DNA from: Polyangia bacterium
GTDB lineage: Bacteria; Myxococcota_A; Polyangia; Nannocystales; Nannocystaceae
Length of the DNA stretch: 64,000 nt
Direction of reading: 5' to 3'
NCBI GenBank assembly: GCA_030430565.1
Contig: JAUIKS010000008.1
Coordinates: 239,225 to 303,224 of the forward strand
Notes under the pieces: generated by a model
Seen by the model: only the letters and a program-made list of their open reading frames with translations
Database searches by the model: none
Told to the model about the DNA's origin: nothing
Program-made: the position numbers and the translations under genes
Shown: positions 24,495 through 34,339 of the stretch, in pieces
How the letters are laid out: the number at the start of each line of letters is the position of its first letter
Position numbering within the stretch: the first letter of the stretch is position 1

Positions 24495-25670
24495 CTACTC
24501 GCGGCCCGCGACGGGGTGAACGGGCGCGGCGACGCGCCCCTGCTTGGGCTTGCGCGGCGACGCGCTGCGAATGATGTACGAGACCTCGAGCCGAGGCTCC
24601 GTGCGGTGATCGGTGTGCACGACCAGCGGGTGCCTGGCCGCGCGCGCCTTCTCGTCGAGCGCCTCGACCGCCTCCGCCTTGAGGGTCGCGCGCAGCGTCG
24701 CCACGTCCTCCAGCTTCTTCGTCTCGACGAGCTCGACCTCCAGCAGGCCGTCAGGGTCCTCGACCTTCTTGATCTTCGGCGCCTTGCCGCTGCGCGCGGT
24801 GATCCGCAGCGTCTTCGTCGCGTAGGCGTCCCCGCGCTTGTTAAAGCTGAGGAACTTCGAATACCGAAGGTCGGAGGGGATGATCGCGCGGACCGGGACC
24901 TGCAGCTCGGGCATGTGCGGGCTGTTGGTCTTGATCACCAGCGCGCTCCGGAAATTGCCCGGCTTGGGCGCCCCCTTGAACTCGATCTCGTAGCGCGCCG
25001 CCGCGCCATCGGCGTCGCCCAGGGGGCGCAGCGCGAACAGCTTGGCGTCGCCTTCCACCGGCGACGAGAGCGCCGCCGACTCAATCGCTAGCTCGGCGCC
25101 CTCGCGCAGCTTGATCTCCACGCTCGCGGTCGCGGACTCGCCCAGCGCGACATCGCGGAGGAACACGCTCTGCGGCTCCGCGCGCACGTCGACGAGCAGC
25201 GTTCCCTTCAGCGTCAGCGAGAACTTCGGCGTCTTCGGGTCGTCCGAGAACACGACGACCGTCTTGTTGATCTCCTCGTGGTTGCCCTTCGGCGTCAGCT
25301 TGACCTTGACCTCACCTTCCCCACCCGGGGGAATCGCGTCCGTCGTGATGACGGTCGCGGTGCAGCCTCACGTCTTCTGCACGCGCTCGATGTGCAGGTC
25401 GGCGTCGCCGGCGTTCTTGATCTTGAACACGTGCTCGACGATCTGACCCGGGTGAATCGAGCCGAACGCAAAGGTCGCCGCGTCCGCGGTGATCACGGGC
25501 GCGCCACCAGCCGCGGGCGCCTCCGCAACCTCCGCGCTCCCGGCCTCCTCCTCCGCCGCCACGGCCGCCTCCTCCGAGGGCGCCGGCGCGCTCGCGGGCG
25601 AGTCACAGCCGACGGCCGCGACGCCGAGGATCGTGAGGAGAGAGACGAGCCGGAGGTTCTGCGAAGCCAT
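24495..25670 (-). CDS. DUF1573-like secreted/lipoprotein; single reading frame interrupted by one in-frame TGA (25368-25370) at the position of the conserved Cys
   Basis: ORFs 25368..25928- and 24495..25253- are in the same frame (25367-25253=114). ATG at 25670 gives MASQNLRLVSLLTILGVAAVGC (signal). The domain FAFGSIHPGQIVEHVFKIKNAGDADLHIERVQKT-[TGA]-GCTATVITTDAIPPGGEGEVKV aligns to the DUF1573 motif (F.N.G...L.I..V.TSCGCT) recalled from memory, not database-checked. Confidence 0.5.
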
Positions 25671-25897
25671 GGGCGACAGTATACCCTCGCCGCTCGCCTC
25701 CGTTCGCCCCCCACCTTCGACCCGGAGCACGTGACCGGCGCCCGGCGGGCGTCGGTCACGTGACTCCCGCATGGAGCGCTCCCCCCGTTCTCCAAGAGCC
25801 CAGCGTGTCCAACCGAAACAGCACATCGCGCCAAGACGCACGCCAAGCCGATTGAACACCCAACGTGTCCAATACGCCACGCCAAGCCTATCCGCGT

Positions 25898-26587
25898 CTA
25901 GGCGAACCAGTCGAAGACCGACCACCACAGCCAGTCGCGCGCGCTCATCCCCTCGGGCTCACGCTGCCGCGCCTGCGCGACTCGGAGCTCGCGCCGCCGC
26001 AGGCGCTCCTCCTCGCCGCGTCGCTGCAGCGCCATCCCGCCCAGCTCGACGAAGCGCTCGATCGCCTCGAGCTCCTCGGGGTCGAGGAACACGCCGTGGC
26101 GCGGGCACTCATCGATGATCACGCCGCTGATCGTGCCGAAGTTGCGCCGGTTCATGATGTCGCGGCAGCGCGGGCAGGCGCGGTAGCGGACTGGCCCCTG
26201 ATTCATGTGCGCCGTGTGCCCCTCGAGCCGCTGGCGCAGCTCGCCGACGCTGCGCGCGGGCGCGGTCGCGGTCGCGGCGCTGATGATCTCTAGCTCGCCG
26301 ACGTCGAGCCAGAGCCCGCTGCAGCCGAGGCAGCGGTCGAGCTCGAGGCCGCGCTCGAAGTCCGTGGACATGCGCGCTCCGCAGGCGGGGCAGCGCAGCG
26401 CGGTCGCGCGGCTGACCGCGCGTCGCGGCGGCGGCGGGCGGTAGGGATCACGCGGGCCGCCAGCGCGCGCCGCAGCTGCGGGGAGCTCGTCGAGCATGCC
26501 CTCGAGGGCAGCCGCGATGCGAGCCGCGCGAGCCCGCGACGCGTCGGTCGGTCCTGGTCGTCGCGTCGCCACGCCGCGAGTATACAC
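25898..26587 (-). CDS. Protein with two zf-TFIIB-type zinc ribbons
   Basis: CPACGARM...LDRCLGCSGLWLDVGELE and CPRCRDIMN...ECPRHGVFLDPEELE each match the CPxC...CxxCxGxWxDxxEL zinc-ribbon pattern. Confidence 0.6.
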   Translation of the reverse strand: MYTRGVATRRPGPTDASRARAARIAAALEGMLDELPAAAARAGGPRDPYRPPPPRRAVSRATALRCPACGARMSTDFERGLELDRCLGCSGLWLDVGELEIISAATATAPARSVGELRQRLEGHTAHMNQGPVRYRACPRCRDIMNRRNFGTISGVIIDECPRHGVFLDPEELEAIERFVELGGMALQRRGEEERLRRRELRVAQARQREPEGMSARDWLWWSVFDWFA

Positions 26588-26600
26588 GCGGCCCGCGGCG

Positions 26601-27515
26601 CTACATGAGCACGCCCCGCCCGTCGGCGGTGAGCATCGGCGGCAGCTCGGTCTCGCCGAGGCGCTGCCGCGAGTTCACCTCGATCATGCGGCTGATCGCG
26701 CCCAGCGGCAGGCCATTGAAGTACATCGTGAACGGATCCTCGAGCACCCGGCCCGCCTCGGCGATAAGCGAGAACGCGGTGCACACCAGCAGGTTGACCG
26801 GGACCGTCCACCAGCCCAGCGCCTCGACCACGGCGAGCGGAAACAGCACCGCGTAGAATTGCACGAGCCGATTCGCGAGCAGCCCGTACAGCGGCGGCAT
26901 CGGGGTCTTCTTGATGCGCTCGCAGCCGCCCTGGATGTTGATCAGCTGGCGCAGCGTGTCGTCCATGGACTGCAGCCGGAGCTCGTGCAGCGCGCCGGCG
27001 CGGTTGAGCGCGACCAGGTCCGCGAGCTGGCGGTCGAGCAGCGCGTGGGTCAGGTTCGACTCGGGCCGCAGCTGCTCGAGCGCGTCCCCGGCCGAGGCGG
27101 CGCGCGCGAGGAAATCCTCGTCTTGAAACGGGTCCTGCTTGCGCAGCAGGCAGCGGAGCGCGTGCACGTAGGCGGCGTGGCGGTGCACGAGGCGACGCTG
27201 GTCCGCCGCGTCATCGACGTACTTCGTCGCCTGCGAGGACCAGTGTCGCGACTCGTTGATCATGCGACCCCAGAGCTTTCGACCCTCCCACCAGCGATCG
27301 TAGGCCTGGTTGGTCCGGAAGCTCACGAAGATGCCGAGCGCCGCGCCGACGACCGCGAGCGGCAGCGTCGGCAGCTCTAAGAACGTCAGCTCCCAGACCT
27401 CGACCGAGGCGGTCACGGCGAGGCTCACGAGCACGAAGAACACCGTGAATCGCCACTGCCAGACGAACACCACCCGGGTGAAGATGAACTGCCGCGTGCC
27501 GGAGCTGACGATCAC
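26601..27515 (-). CDS. Bestrophin/UPF0187 (YneE)-family membrane protein
   Basis: N-terminal transmembrane segments. RTNQAYDRWWEGRKLWG is typical of the bestrophin-like family. About 300 aa. Confidence 0.75.
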   Translation of the reverse strand: MIVSSGTRQFIFTRVVFVWQWRFTVFFVLVSLAVTASVEVWELTFLELPTLPLAVVGAALGIFVSFRTNQAYDRWWEGRKLWGRMINESRHWSSQATKYVDDAADQRRLVHRHAAYVHALRCLLRKQDPFQDEDFLARAASAGDALEQLRPESNLTHALLDRQLADLVALNRAGALHELRLQSMDDTLRQLINIQGGCERIKKTPMPPLYGLLANRLVQFYAVLFPLAVVEALGWWTVPVNLLVCTAFSLIAEAGRVLEDPFTMYFNGLPLGAISRMIEVNSRQRLGETELPPMLTADGRGVLM

Positions 27516-27554
27516 GGCCGCGAGTCTAGCAGGCGCTCGAGCTCGCGCGGGGGT

Positions 27555-29636
27555 CTACACGTCCGGGCGCAGGATCACGGCGCCGAGCGGCGGCACGTCG
27601 ACGCGCAGCGCCCCGTCACGGAGCTCGACCGGCGCGTGGTTACCGACCCCGCTGCCGCCGAATCGTTCGTCGTCGCTCGAGAGCAGCTCACGCCACGCCG
27701 CCGGCGCGTCCCCCCCGAGCGCGTCGACCAAGGCCTCCTCGCGCAGCTCGTAGCCCGGCCGCGGGAGCGGCGTGAAGTTGAGCGCGACCAGCAGCGGGCG
27801 CACGCCCTCGGGCGTCAGCGGCAGGCGCAGGTAGGCGTAGACCGAGCGCGCCGCGTCGTCGACGACGACCCAGCGAAAGCCCTCGGGCACGAAGTCGCCC
27901 TCGTGGAGCGCCGGCTCGCCGACGTAGAGCGCGTTGAGTTCGGCGACGAGCGCCTCGACGCCCGCGTGGTACGGGCCCTGCTCCCGCAGGTGCCAGTCGA
28001 GGCTGCGATCGTGATCCCACTCGGCGACCTGCGCCAGCTCGCCGCCCATAAACAGCAGCTTGTTGCCGGGCATCGTGAATTGGTAGACGAGCAGCAACCG
28101 GAGGTGGGCGAACTTCCGCCACGGGTCGGCCGCGAGGTCGCCGTGCATCTTGCCGACGAGCGAGCCCTTGCCGTGCACCACCTCGTCGTGCGAGAGCGGC
28201 AGCACGTAGCGCTCTTTGTAGGCGTAGAGCTGGCGGAAGGTCAGCTCGTCGTGGTGGTGCTGGCGGTGGATCGGGTCGCGCGCGAGGTAGCGGAGCGTGT
28301 CGTGCATCCAGCCCATGTCCCACTTGAGGTCGAAGCCGAGCCCGCCGGCCTCGGTGGCGTCGGTGACCTGTGGCCACGCGGTCGACTCCTCGGCGATCGT
28401 CAGCACGCCGGGGGCGCGCGCGTGCACGGCGTCGTTGAGCTGGCGCAGGAGCTCGATCGCCTCGAGGTTCTCGCGCCCGCCGAAGCGGTTCGGCAGCCAC
28501 TCGCCCTCGCCGCGGGAGTAGTCGAGGTAGAGCATCGAGGCCACCGCGTCGACGCGCAGGCCGTCGAGGTGGAAGCGCTCGATCCACATCAGCGCCGAGC
28601 TGAGCAGGAAGCTGCGGACCTCGTTGCGCCCGTAGTTGAAGATCAGCGTGCCCCAGTCGGGGTGTCGACCGAGCCGCGGGTCCTCATGCTCGTAGAGACA
28701 TGTCCCGTCGAAGCGCGCGAGCGCGTGCTCGTCCTCGGGGAAGTGCGCCGGCACCCAGTCGAGGATCACGCCGATCCCGGCCTGGTGCAGGGTGTCGATC
28801 AGGAACATCAGGTCCTCGGGCTTGCCGAGGCGGTGCGTCGGCGCGAAGTAGCCGGTGGTCTGATAGCCCCAGGAGCCGTAGAAGGGGTGCTCGCTGACCG
28901 GCAGCAGCTCGACGTGCGTGAAGCCGAGGCGGCGGCAGTGCTCGGTCAGCTCGAGCGCGAGCTCGCGGTAGCCGAGCGCGCGCCCCCCCTCCTCGGGCAC
29001 GCGCATCCACGAGCCGAGGTGGACCTCGTAGACCGACATCGGCGCGCCGAGCCGCTGCCGCTCGGCCCGCGCGCGCAGCCACTCGCCGTCGCCCCAGCGG
29101 TAGTCGTCGCGCCACAGGATCGACGCGGTGTTCGGCGGCGTCTCGTGCAGCAGGCCGACCGGGTCGAGCTTGTCGACGAAGCCGCCGCCGCGCTCCTCGC
29201 GGCGACGCACGCGGTACTTGTAGAGCTGGCCGCGGGCGGCCCCCGCGACGAAGCCGGTCCAGATGCCCGAAGCGCCAGCTGGTTGCAGCGGCGCGGCCTC
29301 GCCGTCCCAGTTGTTGAACTCGCCGATCACGCTGACGCCGGCGGCGTTGGGCGCCCACACGGCGAAGCGAGCCCCCGCGCGCCCGCCGGGGCCTTCGTCG
29401 CGCGTCAGCTGGCCCCCGAGCCGCTCGTGCAGCCGGCAGTGCGTACCCTCTGCGAACAGGTAGAGGTCGGTCGACGAGAGCCCCCCGCAGCGACTCGCGG
29501 GCGCCGGCCGATCGGCCGACTCCGCGCGCGCCTGGGGCACCTCGAGCGCCTCGTGCTCCTCGACCGCGTCGATGTCCGGGGGGCGCGGCGCGTCGGGGCT
29601 CTCTGAAGCGCGAGGGGTCGGCTGATTCGTCGTCAT
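27555..29636 (-). CDS. glgB: 1,4-alpha-glucan branching enzyme
   Basis: FAVWAPNA..VSVIGEFNNWDG, YEVHLGSWMR, GFTHVELLPV..HPFYGSWGYQTTGYFAP and GVILDWVPAHFP are canonical GlgB/GH13 motifs. The start is taken at Met-17 (29636). The ORF extends to GTG at 29684. Confidence 0.9.
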   Translation of the reverse strand: MTTNQPTPRASESPDAPRPPDIDAVEEHEALEVPQARAESADRPAPASRCGGLSSTDLYLFAEGTHCRLHERLGGQLTRDEGPGGRAGARFAVWAPNAAGVSVIGEFNNWDGEAAPLQPAGASGIWTGFVAGAARGQLYKYRVRRREERGGGFVDKLDPVGLLHETPPNTASILWRDDYRWGDGEWLRARAERQRLGAPMSVYEVHLGSWMRVPEEGGRALGYRELALELTEHCRRLGFTHVELLPVSEHPFYGSWGYQTTGYFAPTHRLGKPEDLMFLIDTLHQAGIGVILDWVPAHFPEDEHALARFDGTCLYEHEDPRLGRHPDWGTLIFNYGRNEVRSFLLSSALMWIERFHLDGLRVDAVASMLYLDYSRGEGEWLPNRFGGRENLEAIELLRQLNDAVHARAPGVLTIAEESTAWPQVTDATEAGGLGFDLKWDMGWMHDTLRYLARDPIHRQHHHDELTFRQLYAYKERYVLPLSHDEVVHGKGSLVGKMHGDLAADPWRKFAHLRLLLVYQFTMPGNKLLFMGGELAQVAEWDHDRSLDWHLREQGPYHAGVEALVAELNALYVGEPALHEGDFVPEGFRWVVVDDAARSVYAYLRLPLTPEGVRPLLVALNFTPLPRPGYELREEALVDALGGDAPAAWRELLSSDDERFGGSGVGNHAPVELRDGALRVDVPPLGAVILRPDV

Positions 29637-29739
29637 ACGCAGTTGGTGCGCGATCGTGTCGCGGACTCGCGCGGGTTGTGCCACCCGTGCACAGCGCGGT
29701 CAACCAAGGCTGTCACAAGCCGTCGTGTATGCTGGTCCC

Positions 29740-31089
29740 ATGGCTTTTATTGACAGTTTAACGCCCAGTAGCTCGCGCTCGGGGGTCGCGTGGACGCTGC
29801 CGGCCGTGGCCGCGCTGCCGCTGCTGCTGCCGGCCTGCGTCGTCTCGAACCCAGACTGGATCCCGCCGCTCTCCGAGGACGCGACCGGCGCGAGCGACCC
29901 CTCCGACAGCGCGAGCGACCCCTCCGACAGCGCGAGCTCCGACGGGTCGACCAGCGCGGGCACGAGCGCGGGCACGACCTCCGAGGAGAGCACCGTCAGC
30001 GACTCCTCGTTCACCACGAACACCGGCACGGACGTGAGCGACCTGCCCGACGAGCTCGACGGCCTCGACGCCTACAAGCGCCGACGTCCGATCCTCCTCA
30101 ACACCTACGCGCTCAACCCCGTCAACGCCGAGGATCCCAAGGTCTACGACCTGCCCGTGCGCGTCGTCCTCAATTCATCCCGCGCCGACTGGGAGGCGCT
30201 CGAGGAGGACGAGCTCCGCTTCGTCTGGGACGACGAGGAGACGATCTTGGCGCACGAGGTCGAGAGCTGGGACGAGGACTCCGAGCTCGCGCTGATCTGG
30301 GTGATGGTGCCCAGCGTCCTCCCGCAGACGACCGAGACCTTCTACCTGTACTACGACAAGGACGACCTCGACCCCGCGCCCGAGATGCCGCTGAGCTGGA
30401 AGAAGTTCACGACCGTGCACCACCTGAGCGGCGACTCCAGCGACTCGGCGAGCGGGCTCGACGGCGCGCCGTGGCCCCCGGGCGCGCAGCCCGTCGAGAG
30501 CCCGGGCGGTCGCGGCGTTGAGCTGTTCGGCGACATGTGGCTGCAGCTGGCGCCCAACCCCGCGATGACGACCAACACGGGCTACGTCTCGCTGCTGTTT
30601 CAGTCGGAGCTCTCCCTCGACATGTCGCTGTTTCGGGGGAGCCACGGCGACGGGGACCAGCTCTTCGACGGCCCCGGCGTCGTCTCGGTGTTCCTCTCCG
30701 ACGGCTTCGTCGACGCGACGGTCGGCGGCGAGCTGGTCGGCTTCAACGGCGCCTACGCGCAGCTCAACGGCGACCTGGGCTGGCACCACCTCGCGGTGTC
30801 GTGGGATCAGAACGAGGAGCTCCAGCAGCAAGTGCGAATCTGGCTCGACGGGCAGCCAGGGAGCTGGAACGGCTTCGACGCGCAGATCGGCGGCCACTCG
30901 CTCGAGGCCGAGATCACGGTCGGCGCGACGCTCGAGGAGATGTTCTTCGTCGGCGGCCTCGACGAGCTGCGCCAGAGCGCGTCGTCGCGGCCGAACCTCT
31001 ACGTGCAGGCGGAGGCCCGCTCGATGCTGCACGCCGACGACGATGAGTGGATCGAGTACTCCGACGAGGACGAGCTCCTCGACCCCTGA
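29740..31089 (+). CDS. Lipoprotein with DUF2341-like and LamG/concanavalin-like region
   Basis: ATG at 29740 gives MAFIDSLTPSSSRSGVAWTLPAVAALPLLLPACVVS (lipobox LPAC). Ser/Asp/Thr linker. ETFYLYYDKDD block and a jelly-roll-like C-terminus. The antisense ORF 30175..31338- was rejected. Confidence 0.65.
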   Translation: MAFIDSLTPSSSRSGVAWTLPAVAALPLLLPACVVSNPDWIPPLSEDATGASDPSDSASDPSDSASSDGSTSAGTSAGTTSEESTVSDSSFTTNTGTDVSDLPDELDGLDAYKRRRPILLNTYALNPVNAEDPKVYDLPVRVVLNSSRADWEALEEDELRFVWDDEETILAHEVESWDEDSELALIWVMVPSVLPQTTETFYLYYDKDDLDPAPEMPLSWKKFTTVHHLSGDSSDSASGLDGAPWPPGAQPVESPGGRGVELFGDMWLQLAPNPAMTTNTGYVSLLFQSELSLDMSLFRGSHGDGDQLFDGPGVVSVFLSDGFVDATVGGELVGFNGAYAQLNGDLGWHHLAVSWDQNEELQQQVRIWLDGQPGSWNGFDAQIGGHSLEAEITVGATLEEMFFVGGLDELRQSASSRPNLYVQAEARSMLHADDDEWIEYSDEDELLDP

Positions 31090-31228
31090 GCCGCGCGCGT
31101 ATCTTCGCGCGCGCCGAGCTGCGACAGTCTCGAGAGCGACCCCGAGCGAGCCCTGCACGCGGCGGTCAACGCCGTCGGCGCGCGGCGCTGGACGGCCGCG
31201 ATCGCTTTGACATGACCATTTAGACAGG

Positions 31229-31987
31229 TCATGAGTCGCCGGGGGGGCCGAGCATGCGCTGACGCGCCTCGCGGGCCTCGCTGAGCTTGCTCTTCCGCTC
31301 CGCGCGACGACGTCGACGCGCCTCCCGCTTCGACTCACCCGGCAGGCGCTCGCGGATCTCGACGGCGCCGAACATCACGGCGCCGGTGATGCGCAGCCGC
31401 GGCGCGTCGTCGACGGCGACGCGCTCGGGGATCGCGGGATCACGCTCGACGGCGCCGAAGATCGCTATCACGCTGCACTCGACCGCGAGCCCGGGGGGGA
31501 CGATGATCTCGACGGCGCCGAACATCGCCTTGACGTCGATCTCGGTCACGCCAGGTGGGAGCCGGGCCTCGCGGAAGTCGAGCTCGGTGCCGGCGAACAG
31601 CGTGAACGAGGTGATCCGGCGGGGCACGAGCCACGCGCCGGTCTGGCGCTGCTCGCCGAAGATCGCGACGAGCTGCCGATCGCCGGGGACGTCGCCGTTG
31701 TTGGTCGCCACCAGCACCCCGGGCGCGCCCGTCGGGCTGGGCGCGAGCGCGCCGCTCGTCGGTTCGATGGGCATCAGCGCGGTACCCGGATCGAGCAGGT
31801 CGTCGACGACCACGTCGATCTCGTCGAGCGAGCGCGCGCGCTCGACCCGGTCGAGCCTGCGCTCGAGCTCGTCGGCGCCGATCAGATCCTCGCTGAAGCG
31901 CTGGCTGATCAGCTCGACCGCGCGCGCCTTGGCGTCTCGCACCGCGACGAGGTTGGTGTTGTGCGGCCGTGGCTGCGGATCCGTCAT
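31229..31987 (-). CDS. DUF1707 + LiaF-like (toastrack) domain protein
   Basis: N-terminus ISQRFSEDLIGADELERRLDRVERARSLDEIDVVVDDL (DUF1707-like). C-terminal repeats FGAVEI / MFGAVEI typical of LiaF-C/toastrack. Confidence 0.65.
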   Translation of the reverse strand: MTDPQPRPHNTNLVAVRDAKARAVELISQRFSEDLIGADELERRLDRVERARSLDEIDVVVDDLLDPGTALMPIEPTSGALAPSPTGAPGVLVATNNGDVPGDRQLVAIFGEQRQTGAWLVPRRITSFTLFAGTELDFREARLPPGVTEIDVKAMFGAVEIIVPPGLAVECSVIAIFGAVERDPAIPERVAVDDAPRLRITGAVMFGAVEIRERLPGESKREARRRRRAERKSKLSEAREARQRMLGPPGDS

Positions 31988-32076
31988 CGCGCGGCGGCAT
32001 CCTACCAGACGACGTTCGGGTCGCTGACCGCGTCTGTGTTCAGTGCTCGAGCCGGCGCGAGCAGACCGCGCCTCGC

Positions 32077-34251
32077 CTACGAAGCCTCCTCACGCGCGCC
32101 TCGGCGTAGACGGGGGGCGTCGAGCCGGCACAGGACGACGACCGACTGCGGCGCGAGCGGGCAGCAGCCGTCGACCCACCGCGGCTCGCTCGCGGCCTGG
32201 CGCCCCGGCGCCTCGAGCACCTCGCCCGTCGCCGTGTCGACGCACACGCGCCACTCCTCCGCGCGACCGAGGATCCGAAACAGCCGCGAGCGCGGCTCGC
32301 CGTTGACGAGCACCATCAGGCTGCGCGCCCCGCCCTCGCCCGCGCGCCCGCGCTCCGGGCCTTCGCTCGAGAGCGTGAAGCCGAAGCAGCGCGCCCCTGA
32401 CCAGTCCTCCGGCGCCATCGCGCGGCCCTCGGGGTGCATCCAGACCACGTCCGGCTCGTCCGCGCCGAGCTGCGGGGCGCCGGTCAAGAACGCGCGTCGA
32501 CGCAGCACCGGGTGCGCGCGCCGGAGCGTGACGAGGCCCGACGCGAAGCGCAGGAAGGCGTCGGCGTCGGCGTCGAGGGTCCAGTCGAGCCAGCTGAGCG
32601 GCGAGTCGTGACAGTAGGCGTTGTTGTTGCCGTGCTGCGTGCGCCCGAGCTCGTCGCCGGCGCTGAGCATCGGCACCCCCTGCGAGAGCAGCAGCGTCGC
32701 CCACAGGTTCCGTCGCTGGCGCGCGCGCGCGGCCGTGATCGCGGGGTCGTCCGTCGGGCCCTCGACGCCGTGGTTCGCGCTGAAGTTCTCGTGGTGGCCG
32801 TCGCGGTTCTGCTCGCCGTTGTCGAGGTTGTGCTTGCGCGCGTAGGACACCAGGTCGCGCAGCGTGAAGCCGTCGTGCGCCGTCACGAAGTTGACGCTCG
32901 CGGTCGGCCCGCGCGCGACGCCGTCGGCGTCGACGCCCGCGAACAGATCGCTCGAGCCGCTGAGGCGGGTCGCCAGCGCGCCCGCGAGGCCCTCGTCGCC
33001 GCGCCAGAACCGGCGCACGTCGTCGCGGTAGCGATCGTTCCACTCGGCCCAGGGCGCCGGGAAGCCGCCGAGGTTGTAGCCGCCGGGCCCCACGTCCCAG
33101 GGCTCGGCGATCAGCTTGATGCCCGCGAGCTCCGGATCATGGGAGAGCGCGCGCAGGAGCTCCGCGCGGGGATCGAAGCCGTGGTCGCCGCGGGCCAGCG
33201 TCGGCGCCAGGTCAAAGCGGAAGCCGTCGACCCGCAGCTCGCGAACCCAGTAGCGCAGACACTCGTGGACCAGCGCGCGCGCGAGCGGGCGACGCGGGTC
33301 GAGCGTGTTGCCGCAGCCGCTGAAGTCGAGGTAGCGCCCGGGCGCCCGGGGATCGAGCGCGTAGTAGCCGGGGTTGTCGATCCCGCGCAGCGACAGCGTC
33401 GGCCCGCGATGATCGCCCTCGGCGGTGTGGTTGAAGACGACATCGAGGATGACCTCGATGCCCGCCGCGTGCAGCGCCTTGACCAGCGTCTTGAACTCGC
33501 GCACCTGCTGCCCGCGCGTGCCGGTCGCGGCGTAGCGGCCGGCCGGCGCGAAGTGAGCCACGGGGTTATAGCCCCAGTAGTTCCGCGCGCCGCGGGACCA
33601 CAGCGCGCGCTCGTCGACCATCTCCTGGACCGGGAGCAGCTCGACCGCCGTGACCCCGAGCCGCTGCAGGTGCGCGATCGCGGGCGGCGAGGCCAGGCCG
33701 AGGTAGGTGCCGCGCAGCGCTGGATCGACCGCGGGGTGCCGCGCGGTGAAGCCCTTCACGTGGACCTCGTAGATCACGGTGTCGGCCCATGGCGTCCCCG
33801 GTCGCTGATCCCCCGACCAGTCGAAGCCCTCGTCGACCACGACCGCGAGCGGGCGCGCGGCTGGATCGCCCGGGCGAGCCTCGGCCGCGCGCCAGTCGAG
33901 CGCGCCCGTGACCGCGCGCGCCCGCGGATCGAGCAGCAGGCAGCGCGGATCGAACCGCAGCCCCCGCGCGGGCGCCCACGGCCCGTGCACGCGGTAGCCG
34001 TAGAGCTGGCCCGCCCGCGCGCCCGGGACGAACACGCTGAATACGCCGTCCTCGCCCCGTGAGAGCGCCAATACGCGGCTCGGTTGACGGATCAGCCCGC
34101 CGTCCGGAGCCTGGTCGATGAGACAGAGCTCGACGCGCGCGGCGGTGCTCGACGCGAGCCGGAAGCTCACGCCGTCTGGCTCGAGCCGCGCGCCGAGCTC
34201 GTGCGCGCGCCGACGCGAGGTTGGAGGATCCGGCGAGGGACCGGTGACCAT
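32077..34251 (-). CDS. glgX: Glycogen debranching enzyme GlgX
   Basis: ATG at 34251 gives MVTGPSPDPPTSRRRAHELGARLEPDGVSFRLAS. YEVHVKGFT, VTAVELLPVQE, NYWGYNP..FAP and IEVILDVVFNHTAEG are GlgX/GH13 motifs. The upstream 96 codons of the ORF are R-rich. Confidence 0.85.
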   Translation of the reverse strand: MVTGPSPDPPTSRRRAHELGARLEPDGVSFRLASSTAARVELCLIDQAPDGGLIRQPSRVLALSRGEDGVFSVFVPGARAGQLYGYRVHGPWAPARGLRFDPRCLLLDPRARAVTGALDWRAAEARPGDPAARPLAVVVDEGFDWSGDQRPGTPWADTVIYEVHVKGFTARHPAVDPALRGTYLGLASPPAIAHLQRLGVTAVELLPVQEMVDERALWSRGARNYWGYNPVAHFAPAGRYAATGTRGQQVREFKTLVKALHAAGIEVILDVVFNHTAEGDHRGPTLSLRGIDNPGYYALDPRAPGRYLDFSGCGNTLDPRRPLARALVHECLRYWVRELRVDGFRFDLAPTLARGDHGFDPRAELLRALSHDPELAGIKLIAEPWDVGPGGYNLGGFPAPWAEWNDRYRDDVRRFWRGDEGLAGALATRLSGSSDLFAGVDADGVARGPTASVNFVTAHDGFTLRDLVSYARKHNLDNGEQNRDGHHENFSANHGVEGPTDDPAITAARARQRRNLWATLLLSQGVPMLSAGDELGRTQHGNNNAYCHDSPLSWLDWTLDADADAFLRFASGLVTLRRAHPVLRRRAFLTGAPQLGADEPDVVWMHPEGRAMAPEDWSGARCFGFTLSSEGPERGRAGEGGARSLMVLVNGEPRSRLFRILGRAEEWRVCVDTATGEVLEAPGRQAASEPRWVDGCCPLAPQSVVVLCRLDAPRLRRGAREEAS

Positions 34252-34339
34252 GCCGAACCGTACCAGAGGCCGCTCGCGCGAAAGCGACCGCGCGACGCGA
34301 CCGTCACGCGTGACGCGGACGCGGTAGAATTTCGTCCCT

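Noticed and set aside
25671-25897. Repeated cgtgtccaa / cgccaag motifs in the intergenic region upstream of the DUF1573-like gene
   Set aside because: Only two to three short copies. This could be chance, so it is noted as a possible promoter element but not reported as a feature.
27636-29606. 656-aa plus ORF
   Set aside because: Antisense to glgB.
30175-31338. 387-aa minus ORF
   Set aside because: Antisense to the lipoprotein gene 29740..31089 and R-rich. Also 30537..31046+ off-frame.
32434-34062. 542-aa plus ORF
   Set aside because: Antisense to glgX.
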